DNA from: Patescibacteria group bacterium
GTDB taxonomy: Bacteria > Patescibacteriota > Saccharimonadia > Saccharimonadales > CAYUUR01
Assembly (NCBI GenBank): GCA_052034685.1
Contig: JBPOIH010000007.1
Span: 13,249-77,248 of the forward strand
DNA: 64,000 nucleotides
Direction: 5' to 3'
A model generated the notes under the pieces. The model had not been told where the DNA came from and ran no database searches. It saw nothing but the letters and a program-made list of their open reading frames with translations. The position numbers were made by a program, and so were the translations under genes. Shown here in pieces: positions 46,902 through 57,320 of this stretch. Numbering within the stretch: position 1 is the first letter of the stretch; the number at the start of each line of letters is the position of its first letter.

Positions 46902-48502
46902 CCGATAACGCGATAGATTTCTTCTATGGTTGTTTCGCCCTTGCATACCTGCAGGGCGGCATCTTGAAGCATAGTGCGCATGCCACTTCTGACGGCTGCT
47001 TCTTCTATCTGCTGAGCAGAGAGTGACTTATTGCCCGACTCAAGTAAAGTACGAATCTCGCCAGACATCGTAAATTGTTCGCGTACTGCGATCTGCCCAC
47101 GGTAACCATACGGGTTATCTTCTGATTTGCCGGGCTGATAAAACGTCACTTTGCTCAAGTCTGGTTTTTCAACACCTTCAGGTAGTGTCGCGAGCACATC
47201 AGCTAACTTTTTAAGAGAGGCTTCGTCAGGCTTGTATGGTTGCTTGGTTGTATCATCCAGCTTGCGCACAAGTCGCTGTGCCATAACCAGACGAATAGCA
47301 GAAACAAACAAGGGATTTTCGCCAATTACATCCATCATCCGAGTAAGCGCTGCTGCAGCCGATGACGCGTGAAAGGTAGATAGCACCAAATGGCCAGTCA
47401 GAGAAGCTTGCAAAGCAGTCTTGGCAGTATCAAGGTCACGAATCTCACCTACCATCACAATGTCAGGGTCAAGCCGAAGAATCGCCCGTAGTTTATTCGC
47501 AAAACTTGTTTGTTCGGCTGACTGCGTCATTACTGGAATCTGCGTAATACCTTCAAACTGATACTCCACTGGGTCTTCAATGGTGATAATCTTTCGCTCC
47601 GTCGTATTGAGACTATTAAGCATGGAGTAAAGCGTGGTAGTTTTTCCCGAACCGGTTGGTCCAACAGCCAGTACTAAACCGCTCGGCTTACTAATGATGT
47701 CATCAACCACGGCGCGCTGAGCTGGGTCAAGACCCAACCTGTCAAGCTTATACATCTCTTGATCCATATTGAATAGACGCATAACCACATCCATACCATT
47801 AATGGTAGGAACAGTTTCCAGACGAACGTTTACATCGACTTCTTCACCGGTGGCAAGTTTTGCACGTTGTGAGATATGACCTTGTTGAGCTTCACCTGAT
47901 GCCGTAGAGATGTTACCAGCGCTCGCAATAGCGGATATTAGTACGCGATACGTATCTGGCTCAAGACGAGCAATCAAATGAAGCACGCCATCCATACGGA
48001 ATCGCACGCGCACAAACCCACGCTGTGTTTCAATGTGAATATCTGACGAGCCTAATCGGTGTGCTTGCTCAACCAAATACGCCAACATGTCGGCTGCTCG
48101 CACCTGCTTTAGTGTGGCTGAGACTTTATCCATAAGCTCGTCAGTGCCGGCGTTTTTGATAGAAATATCTTCATATACGACCTGCTTGGGTGGGTCGTAT
48201 AGCTTCATATATTCACGATAACCAGCGTCAGATATGAGAGAGAACGAAACGCGCTGATCTAAAAAGCGTTGTCTGAGCTTGTCGAATGTTTGCTGGGATG
48301 TCGTATTAGTCACGCCAAAGCTAATACTGTGGTCATCAGACTGGATTGGAATTACCCGCATGCTATATAGATCAGCGACCGGAAAGATATCTTTATAAAT
48401 CGTTTTCTGAGCAATCTGGGAGGTGTCAATATACCCCATATTCAAAATACGGGCCCGGCGCTGTGTCGCCAGCTCTTCGTCTTTGCGGGCATCTTGTGAC
48501 AT
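46898..48502 (-). CDS. Type II/IV secretion ATPase of the GspE/PilB family (likely type IV pilus assembly ATPase)
   Basis: Walker A GPTGSGKTTT, Asp box, Walker B IVMVGEIRD, His box. N-terminal GspE_N-like region. Confidence 0.85.
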   Translation of the reverse strand: MSQDARKDEELATQRRARILNMGYIDTSQIAQKTIYKDIFPVADLYSMRVIPIQSDDHSISFGVTNTTSQQTFDKLRQRFLDQRVSFSLISDAGYREYMKLYDPPKQVVYEDISIKNAGTDELMDKVSATLKQVRAADMLAYLVEQAHRLGSSDIHIETQRGFVRVRFRMDGVLHLIARLEPDTYRVLISAIASAGNISTASGEAQQGHISQRAKLATGEEVDVNVRLETVPTINGMDVVMRLFNMDQEMYKLDRLGLDPAQRAVVDDIISKPSGLVLAVGPTGSGKTTTLYSMLNSLNTTERKIITIEDPVEYQFEGITQIPVMTQSAEQTSFANKLRAILRLDPDIVMVGEIRDLDTAKTALQASLTGHLVLSTFHASSAAAALTRMMDVIGENPLFVSAIRLVMAQRLVRKLDDTTKQPYKPDEASLKKLADVLATLPEGVEKPDLSKVTFYQPGKSEDNPYGYRGQIAVREQFTMSGEIRTLLESGNKSLSAQQIEEAAVRSGMRTMLQDAALQVCKGETTIEEIYRVIG

Positions 48503-48558
48503 GTACCTATTTAACCATAAGCAGTGGCGTTCCGTGAATAGTTACTTATAATACCTTC

Positions 48559-49062
48559 ATGCCGAAACGGGAAATAATCATCATCGCTCATAACCTACGA
48601 AGTATCCATAACGTCGGATCAATACTTCGCACCGCTGACGGCCTGGGCGTTAAGGAAATCTACTTGACAGGTTACTCTCCCTATCCAAAAACTAACCCTG
48701 ATACCCGGCTGCCACATCTTGCCAATAGTATTACGAAGCAACTGCACAAAACAGCCCTCGGCGCAGAGAACGCGAAGAATATTACTCACCGTGAAGATAT
48801 TATGCAAGTGGTGTCTGATTTGAAAACCGAAGGATATCAGATAGCTGCTGTCGAACAAGCAAACGGAAGTGTTGCGCTACCAGAATACACTCCTCATAAT
48901 CGCGTCGCTCTTATTGTTGGCCGTGAAGTTGAAGGGATTGAACGTTCCGTTATTGACGCATGCGACCTGACACTTGAGATACCGATGTCTGGCCAAAAAG
49001 AATCATTCAACGTTTCAGTAGCATCAGCAATTGCACTTTATCATTGCAGATTCGCACCATAA
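48559..49062 (+). CDS. SpoU/TrmH-family RNA 2-prime-O-methyltransferase
   Basis: NVGSILRTADGLG, ALIVGREVEGI, EIPMSGQKESFNVSVASAIALY (SPOUT motifs). Confidence 0.8.
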   Translation: MPKREIIIIAHNLRSIHNVGSILRTADGLGVKEIYLTGYSPYPKTNPDTRLPHLANSITKQLHKTALGAENAKNITHREDIMQVVSDLKTEGYQIAAVEQANGSVALPEYTPHNRVALIVGREVEGIERSVIDACDLTLEIPMSGQKESFNVSVASAIALYHCRFAP

Positions 49063-49100
49063 GCGTCATACTATTATCTAACAAAGTACAAGAAACAAAT

Positions 49101-50006
49101 ATGCCACTAAAATCACACCGACACCAACAACACAAAAAGCATCCAAAACATTACGCCAAGGTATATTGGCCATATATGCCGTTACTCGTTGTGGTCGGTT
49201 TAAGTTTGTTTGTCGGTCAGTCATTTGTTAACAAATCACAACGAGGCGTCTTGTCATACGCAACAGACGTATCTGACGCAACCTTACTCAATGACACAAA
49301 TCAGCAACGCAACGCCCATAACCAATCTCCACTTAAGCTAAACGACAAACTTGACCAAGCAGCCCAAGCCAAGGCAGCAGATATGGTGGCGCGCAATTAT
49401 TGGTCGCACACGACTCCTGAGAATAAAACACCGTGGAACTTTATCGACAAGGTCAACTACAACTACCAGAAAGCTGGCGAGAACTTAGCATACGGTTTCG
49501 TAACCAGCAGTGCGACCATTAACGGCTGGATGCACAGCCAGGCGCATCGTGAGAACCTTCTAGACACTGCCTATACTGAAGTTGGTTTCGGGATCGCTCA
49601 ATCAGAAAACTACATCGGAAGAGGCCCAGAAACCGTCATAGTGGCTATGTATGCGCGGCCAGCAAATGCTGCACCTCTGACAATGCCGAGTAGTATTAGC
49701 TTTGACACAGCACCACGTGACCTTCCAGTAAATACAAACCGTGCTATCACTACAGAGCCAGCTGTAAAAAGTGTCAGCAAGGTTCAGTCTCTAACTGGCT
49801 CAAGCGTGCCCGGCATCAGCTTCATTATTGGTCTGCTCGTCGGGCTTGCGCTCGCTTACTTGGTAATCAAACATTCAATAGGCGTCAAACGCCTTTTGCG
49901 CGACGGCGAACGTTTCGTCCTGAAACATCCCGTACTTGACATCACTTTAGTCAGTTTCATAGCGCTCTGCGCCCTCCTAAGCCAGAGCGTTGGCTTCATC
50001 CGCTAA
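49101..50006 (+). CDS. CAP/SCP (PR-1/YkwD-like) domain protein with N- and C-terminal TM segments
   Basis: HYTQ-like and GENL-type CAP motifs: NQQRNAHNQSPLKLNDKL...ARNYWSHT...GENLAYGF...GWMHSQAHRENLL...YTEVGFGIA. I took the start at MPLKSH. Confidence 0.6.
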   Translation: MPLKSHRHQQHKKHPKHYAKVYWPYMPLLVVVGLSLFVGQSFVNKSQRGVLSYATDVSDATLLNDTNQQRNAHNQSPLKLNDKLDQAAQAKAADMVARNYWSHTTPENKTPWNFIDKVNYNYQKAGENLAYGFVTSSATINGWMHSQAHRENLLDTAYTEVGFGIAQSENYIGRGPETVIVAMYARPANAAPLTMPSSISFDTAPRDLPVNTNRAITTEPAVKSVSKVQSLTGSSVPGISFIIGLLVGLALAYLVIKHSIGVKRLLRDGERFVLKHPVLDITLVSFIALCALLSQSVGFIR

Positions 50007-50018
50007 TCGGATGCATGT

Positions 50019-53000
50019 TTACTTAAGAATTACGTTCTGACTACCAACAAGTTTGTGAAATTCTTGCAGCGTCTTGTCGTCACTCTGAACCTTGGTTGGC
50101 AGTTTTATGATCTGTTTATTGGAATCATTGCCGATAACCAACACAACCTCTCGCTCACCCGGAGTAGCATCAATTAACCTTTTAAGGTCCTGCAAGGCCT
50201 GTTGGTTGCTACTGTCGTTTAATCGAATATACAGTTTGCTTGATGCACCCGGTGCTGCTTTCGCTTTTGTTTTATTCTTTGTGGCAACTCGCGCTTTTGG
50301 AATCTTTTTGGCTTTTCCAGTAGCTTGATACGCGCTGGCCTGTTCGGCAGTAATCTCGCGAGCATCATCTACCATGACTTTGACTTCATCACTTGGATTG
50401 CCATCACGGTCTTTAGCGTTAATCTTACCTCGAATCAATAACACTCTGTCTTTTTCCCATAGCCCAATCGTTTGCTGGAATGCGTTAGGAAACAGAATCA
50501 ATTCAATCTCGGTCTTAAGGTCGGCAATCTTGACAAAGGCCATTTTCTGACCCTTTTTGGTGGTTATTTCCCTAAAATCGCTCACGATACCGCCAATAGT
50601 TACTGCCTTGCCGTCATGTTCAGGCAATAAGCTCTCTAGAGGTATTGTCTGTTCTGCCAGAAACAGCTCATAGGCACTCAATGGGTGCTGTGATAGGTAT
50701 AGCCCAAGTAACTCACGCTCCCATTGTAATTGTTCACGTAGCGGATATAGATGAGGTGCTGCTTCTAAATTTAGCTGCGGCATTGCCCGCGCATCGTCCT
50801 CTAACGCACCAAACAAATCTGTCTGTCCATTATTCTGTTCTTTTTGCAGACGTGCAGCAAAAGCCACAATGGTATCAAGGTTGCTTAGGAGCGTGCTGCG
50901 GTCTCCAAAACGGTCAAATGCCCCGGATTTAATCAAACTCTCCAGCGCTTTGCGGTTAACAACGCGGGAGTTAACCTTAGCCAAGAAGTCTTCTAGCGAA
51001 GCAAACGAGCCTTCCAACTGCCGAGCGCGCAGAATCTCTTCCACTGCTCCGGTACCTACATTCTTTATTGCTGCCATGCCAAAACGAATTGACTCCGTTT
51101 CTGGCACAACCGCAAACTCTACGAATGACTCATTAACATCGGGCGGCATAACTTTAATACCCATGTGTGAGCACTCGGTAATCTCAATCGCTAATCGGTC
51201 AGTGTCATCATAATCACTCGTCATAAGTGCAGCCATGAATGCAGCTGGGTAGTGCGCTTTTAGGTAAGCTGTCTGGTAGGCAATCAAGCCATAACACGCA
51301 GAATGCGACTTATTAAAACAGTAGTCAGCAAATCCAAGCAGCTGCTTCCAAAATTTCTCTATCAGAGAGCGAGGAATACCATTTTCGACTGCACCTTCAA
51401 TAAAGCGCTTCTCCATTTTCTGCATAAGTTCCCGGTTTTTCTTGCCAATAGCCTTACGCAAAGTATCGGCCTCACCACCAGTGAAACCACAGACATCTCG
51501 TGATATCTGCATAAACTGCTCCTGGTAGACTAGGACGCCGTAGGTATTTTCTAAGGCAGCCTTCATGAGCGGATGTTCGTATGTAACAGCTTCCTCACCG
51601 TTTTTTCGTTTTATAAAGCTATCAGTTAGCCCGGCACTCAACGGACCCGGCCGATACAATGCTCCCATTGCGATAATGTCATCAAACACTGTCGGTTTGA
51701 GCTCGCGCAAGTAACGCTTCATGCCCGCCGATTCAAATTGGAACACTCCGGTCGTATCTCCGCGCTGTACAAGCTTAAAGGTTAGATCATCATCAAGTGG
51801 CAGTGTGTTTATGTCGATATCTTTGTCATACACCTTGCGGATAATACGCAGGGTGTTTTTTATGATCGTCAAGTTGGAGAGTCCAAGGAAATCCATTTTG
51901 AGCAAGCCAAGCTCTTCGACAGGCCCCATAGAGTATTGCGTTGCAACCACACCTTTTTGCGCCATTTCAAGGGGTGTGAACTTCACAATCTCGTCTGGTG
52001 CAATAACGACACCAGCTGCATGTACACCGTGCGAACGTATCGTACCCTCAAGCTGAACTGCCAGATCAAAGACCCGCTGTGACTGCTCGCTTGTCTCGTA
52101 TTCGCGTTTCAAGTCGTCATTATCAACCAGCGACTTTTCAAGCGGTATATGGCGCCCTTGCACCGGTGGTGGAATCATTTTTGCTAAACGGTCAGCCTCA
52201 GCATAGGGAACTTGTAGTACGCGTGATACATCTCGAACGGCATTACGCGCCGCCATACGTCCAAAGGTTACGATGTTGGCAACACGGTCGGTGCCGTACT
52301 TATCGACACAGTACTGAATAACCTCGTCTCTCCGGGTGTCCTGAATATCGATGTCGATATCTGGCATAGATATTCTGTCCGGATTTAGAAATCGTTCAAA
52401 GAGAAGATCGTACTGTAGCGGGTCCAGTTCAGTTATCTTGAGGGCATAGGCAATGATTGAGCCGGCTGCCGAGCCTCGCCCTGGACCAAAGACGATTCCT
52501 TCTGACTTTCCCCAGTTTATGAAATCAGAAATGATCAAGAAGTACCCGTTAAAACCCATATTATCTACAACCGAAAGTTCATATTCTACGCGCGTATTTA
52601 CCTCGTCGGAAACAAGCTTTTGAATGTCTTTAATTGACAGTTTCTGGGCTTCGGGTTCTGATTTACCACCATAGCGCATAGCCAAGCCTTGGTAGATTAA
52701 CTCATGTAAGTATGTTTTTTCAGTTTTGCCTTTGGGGACTGGGAACTTAGGGATCAAGATTTTGCCTAGTTCGATACTCACTTCGCAACGATCGGCAATG
52801 AGCTTAGTGTTCAAAATCGCGTCCGGGTTGGTCTTGCCCCAACGGGCAATTATCTCTTCGGGTCGTGTAACATGTAGTTCAAATGCACTCAAGCTCATCC
52901 TGTCAGAATCGCTCAGGTAAGAACCCGTCTGCACACACAAGAGAATTTCATGTGCCTCCTGATCTTCGTGTCGTAAATAATGCGCATCACTTGTGATGAC

Positions 53001-53690
53001 ACAGGGTATGGATAGATCTTGCGCAAGCTTCTGCGTGCGTTCAGTCACAAGGACCTGTTCATCCCACTTGCTTGGATGGTCTGGATGACCATGATCTTGA
53101 ATCTCTAAGTAATAACGGTCGCCAAACACCTTCTTGTACCAAGAAGCGATTTCATGAGCTTGCTCATACTGATTCTGACGAAGCGCATCACCCACTTCCC
53201 CACCAATACAACCACTGAGAACAATCAGACCTTCAGAATACTTTTCAAGAATTTCATGATCAATGCGTGGCTTATAGTAATAGCCGTGTAAGTTTGCCTC
53301 GCTACTGAGCCTCATGAGATTCTGATAGCCAGTATTATTCATAGCCAGCAAAATAAGGTGGTAATAGACCTTATCCTTGCCAGGCTCTTTGTCGGTCATA
53401 CCACGACTGGCAACATATGCCTCCATGCCAAGCACTGGTTTTATACCTGTTGCAGCAGCTTGTTTATAAAACTCTATCAACCCCGAGAGCGTGCCATGGT
53501 CAGTGATGGCAACAGCTTCCATGCCACATTCTTTTACGTAGTCCATGAGGGCCGGTATCTTGGTTAATCCATCAAGGAGACTGTACTGAGTATGGTTATG
53601 GAGGTGCACAAAATCAGACGGCCTAAGCTGTGTCTCAGCAGACGCCGCTCGGGCCGTGCTTTTCTTCTTACTCATACCCTCATCTTTCAC
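50019..53690 (-). CDS. dnaE: DNA polymerase III alpha subunit
   Basis: 1223 aa. PHP domain HLHNHTQYSLLDG, the polymerase core, and an OB domain. Confidence 0.95.
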   Translation of the reverse strand: MKDEGMSKKKSTARAASAETQLRPSDFVHLHNHTQYSLLDGLTKIPALMDYVKECGMEAVAITDHGTLSGLIEFYKQAAATGIKPVLGMEAYVASRGMTDKEPGKDKVYYHLILLAMNNTGYQNLMRLSSEANLHGYYYKPRIDHEILEKYSEGLIVLSGCIGGEVGDALRQNQYEQAHEIASWYKKVFGDRYYLEIQDHGHPDHPSKWDEQVLVTERTQKLAQDLSIPCVITSDAHYLRHEDQEAHEILLCVQTGSYLSDSDRMSLSAFELHVTRPEEIIARWGKTNPDAILNTKLIADRCEVSIELGKILIPKFPVPKGKTEKTYLHELIYQGLAMRYGGKSEPEAQKLSIKDIQKLVSDEVNTRVEYELSVVDNMGFNGYFLIISDFINWGKSEGIVFGPGRGSAAGSIIAYALKITELDPLQYDLLFERFLNPDRISMPDIDIDIQDTRRDEVIQYCVDKYGTDRVANIVTFGRMAARNAVRDVSRVLQVPYAEADRLAKMIPPPVQGRHIPLEKSLVDNDDLKREYETSEQSQRVFDLAVQLEGTIRSHGVHAAGVVIAPDEIVKFTPLEMAQKGVVATQYSMGPVEELGLLKMDFLGLSNLTIIKNTLRIIRKVYDKDIDINTLPLDDDLTFKLVQRGDTTGVFQFESAGMKRYLRELKPTVFDDIIAMGALYRPGPLSAGLTDSFIKRKNGEEAVTYEHPLMKAALENTYGVLVYQEQFMQISRDVCGFTGGEADTLRKAIGKKNRELMQKMEKRFIEGAVENGIPRSLIEKFWKQLLGFADYCFNKSHSACYGLIAYQTAYLKAHYPAAFMAALMTSDYDDTDRLAIEITECSHMGIKVMPPDVNESFVEFAVVPETESIRFGMAAIKNVGTGAVEEILRARQLEGSFASLEDFLAKVNSRVVNRKALESLIKSGAFDRFGDRSTLLSNLDTIVAFAARLQKEQNNGQTDLFGALEDDARAMPQLNLEAAPHLYPLREQLQWERELLGLYLSQHPLSAYELFLAEQTIPLESLLPEHDGKAVTIGGIVSDFREITTKKGQKMAFVKIADLKTEIELILFPNAFQQTIGLWEKDRVLLIRGKINAKDRDGNPSDEVKVMVDDAREITAEQASAYQATGKAKKIPKARVATKNKTKAKAAPGASSKLYIRLNDSSNQQALQDLKRLIDATPGEREVVLVIGNDSNKQIIKLPTKVQSDDKTLQEFHKLVGSQNVILK

Positions 53691-53748
53691 CTACTTAGTA
53701 TAGAAAAATACGTTCAGAATATCGAGTAGCTAAGCGAGGTTTACAACA

Positions 53749-54006
53749 TTATCTAGAGGATTCGATTGAATCAGAAATATTTTTTGATATTTCACCTACC
53801 CATGGCACAGAATCAAAAAAGGACAAACCCCATAAAAGCAAAGCAATCAACAGAGTAGCCCCGAGCACCGTGCCAAAACCAACAAATACACCTTTAAGAA
53901 AGCTCATCTTATAGAACCGGCGACTGTTGATATATCCCGTTTCGTACAAAGTTACGAGGGTTTGACCAAGCTGTTCAAGCTCTTGTTTGCTATGTTTCTC
54001 GGCCAT
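53749..54006 (-). CDS. Small membrane protein (85 aa)
   Basis: One TM segment, GFGTVLGATLLIALLLWGL. Confidence 0.4.
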   Translation of the reverse strand: MAEKHSKQELEQLGQTLVTLYETGYINSRRFYKMSFLKGVFVGFGTVLGATLLIALLLWGLSFFDSVPWVGEISKNISDSIESSR

Positions 54007-54012
54007 CTTGCT

Positions 54013-54420
54013 TTAAGATGATTTACTCAAGAACTTCTTGAGGTGGTCGATTGCATTGTCAGCATCTTTGATAGCGCTCTGTAGATCTTTGTCGTCCGAT
54101 CCGCCTTCATGCACAGCAGACAAAACTTCACGTGCCTTGTCTTTGGCTGCTACCGCTAGTTCGATTGCCTTTTGTAGGTCTTTTTGACCGGCAACCTTTA
54201 TGTCGCCAACGGACTTCCTTGCCTTGGCGATTAACTTATCAAGATCGCTGTGGAGTGCTTTCAAACGCTTTTCTGATTCTCGTTTGGCCTGAATTGCCTT
54301 ATCCTGAATATCTTTGCGTGTTTCTTTGCCGCTTTTTGGAGCCGTTAAGATACCGGTGAGATAACCGATTCCAGCCGCTAGAACGGTACCAACTGCAATT
54401 CGTTTGGTTTCTTTTTTCAT
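54013..54420 (-). CDS. YtxH-like membrane-anchored coiled-coil protein
   Basis: N-terminal GxxxG TM segment IAVGTVLAAGIGYLTGIL followed by a KxxxK-rich apolipoprotein-like helix. Confidence 0.5.
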   Translation of the reverse strand: MKKETKRIAVGTVLAAGIGYLTGILTAPKSGKETRKDIQDKAIQAKRESEKRLKALHSDLDKLIAKARKSVGDIKVAGQKDLQKAIELAVAAKDKAREVLSAVHEGGSDDKDLQSAIKDADNAIDHLKKFLSKSS

Positions 54421-54445
54421 GATGTCCTCCTCTTAAGTAACGACG

Positions 54446-54700
54446 TTATTTTTTCTTCTTGAAGGCTTCTGTAATATTGCCAATCAAACGGCCAATCGCT
54501 ACGGGTCCAGCGGTTTTCTCAAAAAAGTCTGTGATATGATCTGCTTTATCTGCAATACTTTCAGCTTTATCAACGATGACCCGAACATGCTTGAGTACTT
54601 TTATGACCATTGCCATTACTACGATACTGAGCACCAAGAAAATCGCCAGCATGACCGAGAGCATTATTACTAAGATGTCGTAACTTGTTGTAGTGTCCAT
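54446..54700 (-). CDS. DUF948-like small membrane protein
   Basis: 84 aa. An N-terminal TM then a helical tail. It is adjacent to the YtxH-like gene, as in Firmicutes. Confidence 0.45.
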   Translation of the reverse strand: MDTTTSYDILVIMLSVMLAIFLVLSIVVMAMVIKVLKHVRVIVDKAESIADKADHITDFFEKTAGPVAIGRLIGNITEAFKKKK

Positions 54701-54726
54701 ATGTCCTCTTATTATACACTATCCTG

Positions 54727-55623
54727 CTACAAGGATAGTTTCGTTTTCAGATATGACAGAAAGTCCTTGTTAACGTGGGGATCTTTAAGTGCGAAGTCGA
54801 CTACGGTTTTGAGGTACTCAAGCTTATTGCCGGTGTCATAATAACGTGCTTTCTGAAGCAGGCAACCAAACAGCCGTTTATTGTCTCTGATCATCGGCTC
54901 CAATACGTATGTTGTCAAGAAAAACTCGTCATCAGGTTTTATATGAGCTTTGCCTTGCTCAATATACGCAAATACTTCTGGAGTTAACAAGTAGCCACCG
55001 ACACTGGCAAAATGAGAGGGAGCATTCGCTCTGCCAGGTTTTTCCACTAACTCGCTCATTTGAAGCACGCCTGGCGACACTTCGCTTCCATTAATGATTC
55101 CATAGCGCTCAAAGTCACTATCTTTCAATGCAGGTATGCACGGCAAGATGCAAGACTGATACGTATCGTACCAAGCAATCATTTGCTTAAACCTGTTGGG
55201 TTCTGCAGTAATAATGTCGTCAGCAAAGGTATAAATAAAGGGTTCGTCACCAATAAGATGCGCTACATTCATAAGCGGTGTCGCGCTGCCATATGGCCCC
55301 TTCTGGCGCACATAAGCGAAGTTTGCAAGATCAGAGATCTTTTTAGTGTCTTCGAGTAGCTCTAGTTTCCCTGATTGTTTAAGATTCTTACGTAAATCTG
55401 CACTCATTTGATCAAAATGATCCTCGATTGAGCGCTTGTGATAACCAGTTACTATCACGATGTCTTCTATACCGGCTTCAACTAATTCTTCAACGATGTA
55501 CTGAATTATCGGCTTGTCGACGAGTGGGAGCATTTCTTTGGGCATAGCCTTAGTCTGCGGCAAAAAACGCGTTCCAAAGCCAGCTGCGGCAATCACAGCC
55601 TTTCGTACAGTTGGTTTACTCAT
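54727..55623 (-). CDS. galU: UTP--glucose-1-phosphate uridylyltransferase
   Basis: KAVIAAAGFGTRFLPQTKAMPKEMLPLVDKP and VIVTG. Confidence 0.9.
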   Translation of the reverse strand: MSKPTVRKAVIAAAGFGTRFLPQTKAMPKEMLPLVDKPIIQYIVEELVEAGIEDIVIVTGYHKRSIEDHFDQMSADLRKNLKQSGKLELLEDTKKISDLANFAYVRQKGPYGSATPLMNVAHLIGDEPFIYTFADDIITAEPNRFKQMIAWYDTYQSCILPCIPALKDSDFERYGIINGSEVSPGVLQMSELVEKPGRANAPSHFASVGGYLLTPEVFAYIEQGKAHIKPDDEFFLTTYVLEPMIRDNKRLFGCLLQKARYYDTGNKLEYLKTVVDFALKDPHVNKDFLSYLKTKLSL

Positions 55624-55641
55624 ACGCTTATTGTAGCATTG

Positions 55642-56544
55642 CTACTCACGTACCAGGACGACATTAGGACTTCTATTGAACTGGACTTGCACACCGTCGC
55701 CCACACTCAGCCGACCCGCGACCGATGCATAGGTATGTAAGAGATTCTGTCCGAAGTATCGTCCGCCCTTGGCATCAGGTTTTGTGATGTCGCGTCCCTC
55801 TCGTGATGCGAGGAAACTGTGCAGTATTGACACCTCACCACGTGTACCGGCAAACTCACCGTTTTGACGGATTCCGGTCATCGTGCACCGCTTGCAAGCC
55901 CTCACGGCAAAGGCCTTAAAGTCACCGATTCTTATAGATGTAATATAATCTTCTCGGCCAGGTTCAATATCGCCATCAATCACAATGTTTGGTCGGAATC
56001 GGTTCATCGGCACCAGTTGTTCCGAAAGCCCCTGCGCAGCGCGTAATTCTCGTAATGTAGGCTGGGATGTAAGTAAGAGCGGGAAGCCATCGCCAAAGGC
56101 GACCTGATTAACAGCACCACTGCGTCGATATCCAGGTTCAACATACCTAGGTTCAGCGCGTGAGGCGCGCACCAACCATGCAGTCTTATTAAGTAGGTCA
56201 CAGAAGAACTCTTCGGAATCTTGAGATTGGCGTAAGCCACGGGCATCACTGTCATGCACGGTTGTAGCCATCGGTCGTTTTTCTCGCTCGTCATAGTTCA
56301 GCGGAATGGCAACTTCACCGTGCTTATCAGCACTCAGCCGTAACGTATTACCATTGATCTCTGTCTGCACGGAGCCCAATATTCCCATTGTGCGTTGGGA
56401 CATAAATGTACCATCTGGCTTAACCACCATAAACTCGCGGTCGTATGCAAAACCCGTTTCCACCACTTCAGCAGTCGGCAGTGCTATGCCTTGGCAGGAT
56501 TTAACAGGGTAAATATTTAGTTCAGAAACAACAATATCGTTCAT
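55642..56544 (-). CDS. MOSC domain protein (YcbX-like)
   Basis: IYPVKSC in the N-terminal beta-barrel, RFRPNIV, and the conserved Cys in VRACKRC. Confidence 0.75.
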   Translation of the reverse strand: MNDIVVSELNIYPVKSCQGIALPTAEVVETGFAYDREFMVVKPDGTFMSQRTMGILGSVQTEINGNTLRLSADKHGEVAIPLNYDEREKRPMATTVHDSDARGLRQSQDSEEFFCDLLNKTAWLVRASRAEPRYVEPGYRRSGAVNQVAFGDGFPLLLTSQPTLRELRAAQGLSEQLVPMNRFRPNIVIDGDIEPGREDYITSIRIGDFKAFAVRACKRCTMTGIRQNGEFAGTRGEVSILHSFLASREGRDITKPDAKGGRYFGQNLLHTYASVAGRLSVGDGVQVQFNRSPNVVLVRE

Positions 56545-56621
56545 TGGGCGCTATTATACGCCTGCAGATATCTTTGACAACTATGGAATCATTTGCCTGA
56601 GGCGTACAATACAGTATTACA

Positions 56622-57320
56622 ATGGAGATCCCGACATTTGACAGCACTGCATACCAGCACCTTTACGACGCGGTAGCCGAGCGTGCAGAACGTGGGTATG
56701 TGGACCTTCCCTATCACAATTGGCAACATGCACAACAGACACAGCAAGTCGCCAGAAAACTATTTGAACGCTGTCTAACGCATGATGTTCAACTTAATCC
56801 ATTCGTCCTTGATGCGGCAAGCTTGCTGCACGACTATGATTATCATGTGCCGCTGCCAGCTGGAAGTCAGTATCGAAGTAAAGAAATTCGTTCTTCACGT
56901 GCCGCTGGCAAGATCTTGCGTAGCATTGACATCGAACCGAAGATTATTCGCCAAGTGCAGTCAGCCATACGCAGTACTGAGCTTGGCGTTTCTTGCCGAA
57001 GCCTAGAAGATCGAGCGCTGCGCCAAGCTGACCTAAATAACGTTACAGGAAGCTATGGCTCGTTTTTACTTAACACGTTCCGTTTGTATCGCGAAGCACA
57101 ACAGCTCAATGAGAAACCCCCAGTACTCCCCGTTTTTATACTTGGATCAGTCGCTGTACTGACGCAATATGCGCACGAAGACGTAAGTCTTGGACCGTTT
57201 GATCAGAACCCAAATTTTATGGAAGCAATGTTTATAAACATCGATCGCCTACGTCAGGAAACGCCAGTGAGCTTTATGCAAGGTGTTTACGGGTTTATTT
57301 ATCAGAAAGTTGCTTCTTGA
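56622..57320 (+). CDS. HD-domain-like hydrolase (putative)
   Basis: HNWQHAQQ ... LLHDYD has the H...HD pattern. The C-terminus converges on and overlaps gatB by 26 nt. Confidence 0.45.
   Translation: MEIPTFDSTAYQHLYDAVAERAERGYVDLPYHNWQHAQQTQQVARKLFERCLTHDVQLNPFVLDAASLLHDYDYHVPLPAGSQYRSKEIRSSRAAGKILRSIDIEPKIIRQVQSAIRSTELGVSCRSLEDRALRQADLNNVTGSYGSFLLNTFRLYREAQQLNEKPPVLPVFILGSVAVLTQYAHEDVSLGPFDQNPNFMEAMFINIDRLRQETPVSFMQGVYGFIYQKVAS

Noticed and set aside
57295-57320. 26-nt convergent overlap of the HD-like ORF with gatB
   Set aside because: It most likely reflects an uncertain C-terminus of the weakly supported HD-like ORF rather than a meaningful antisense arrangement.
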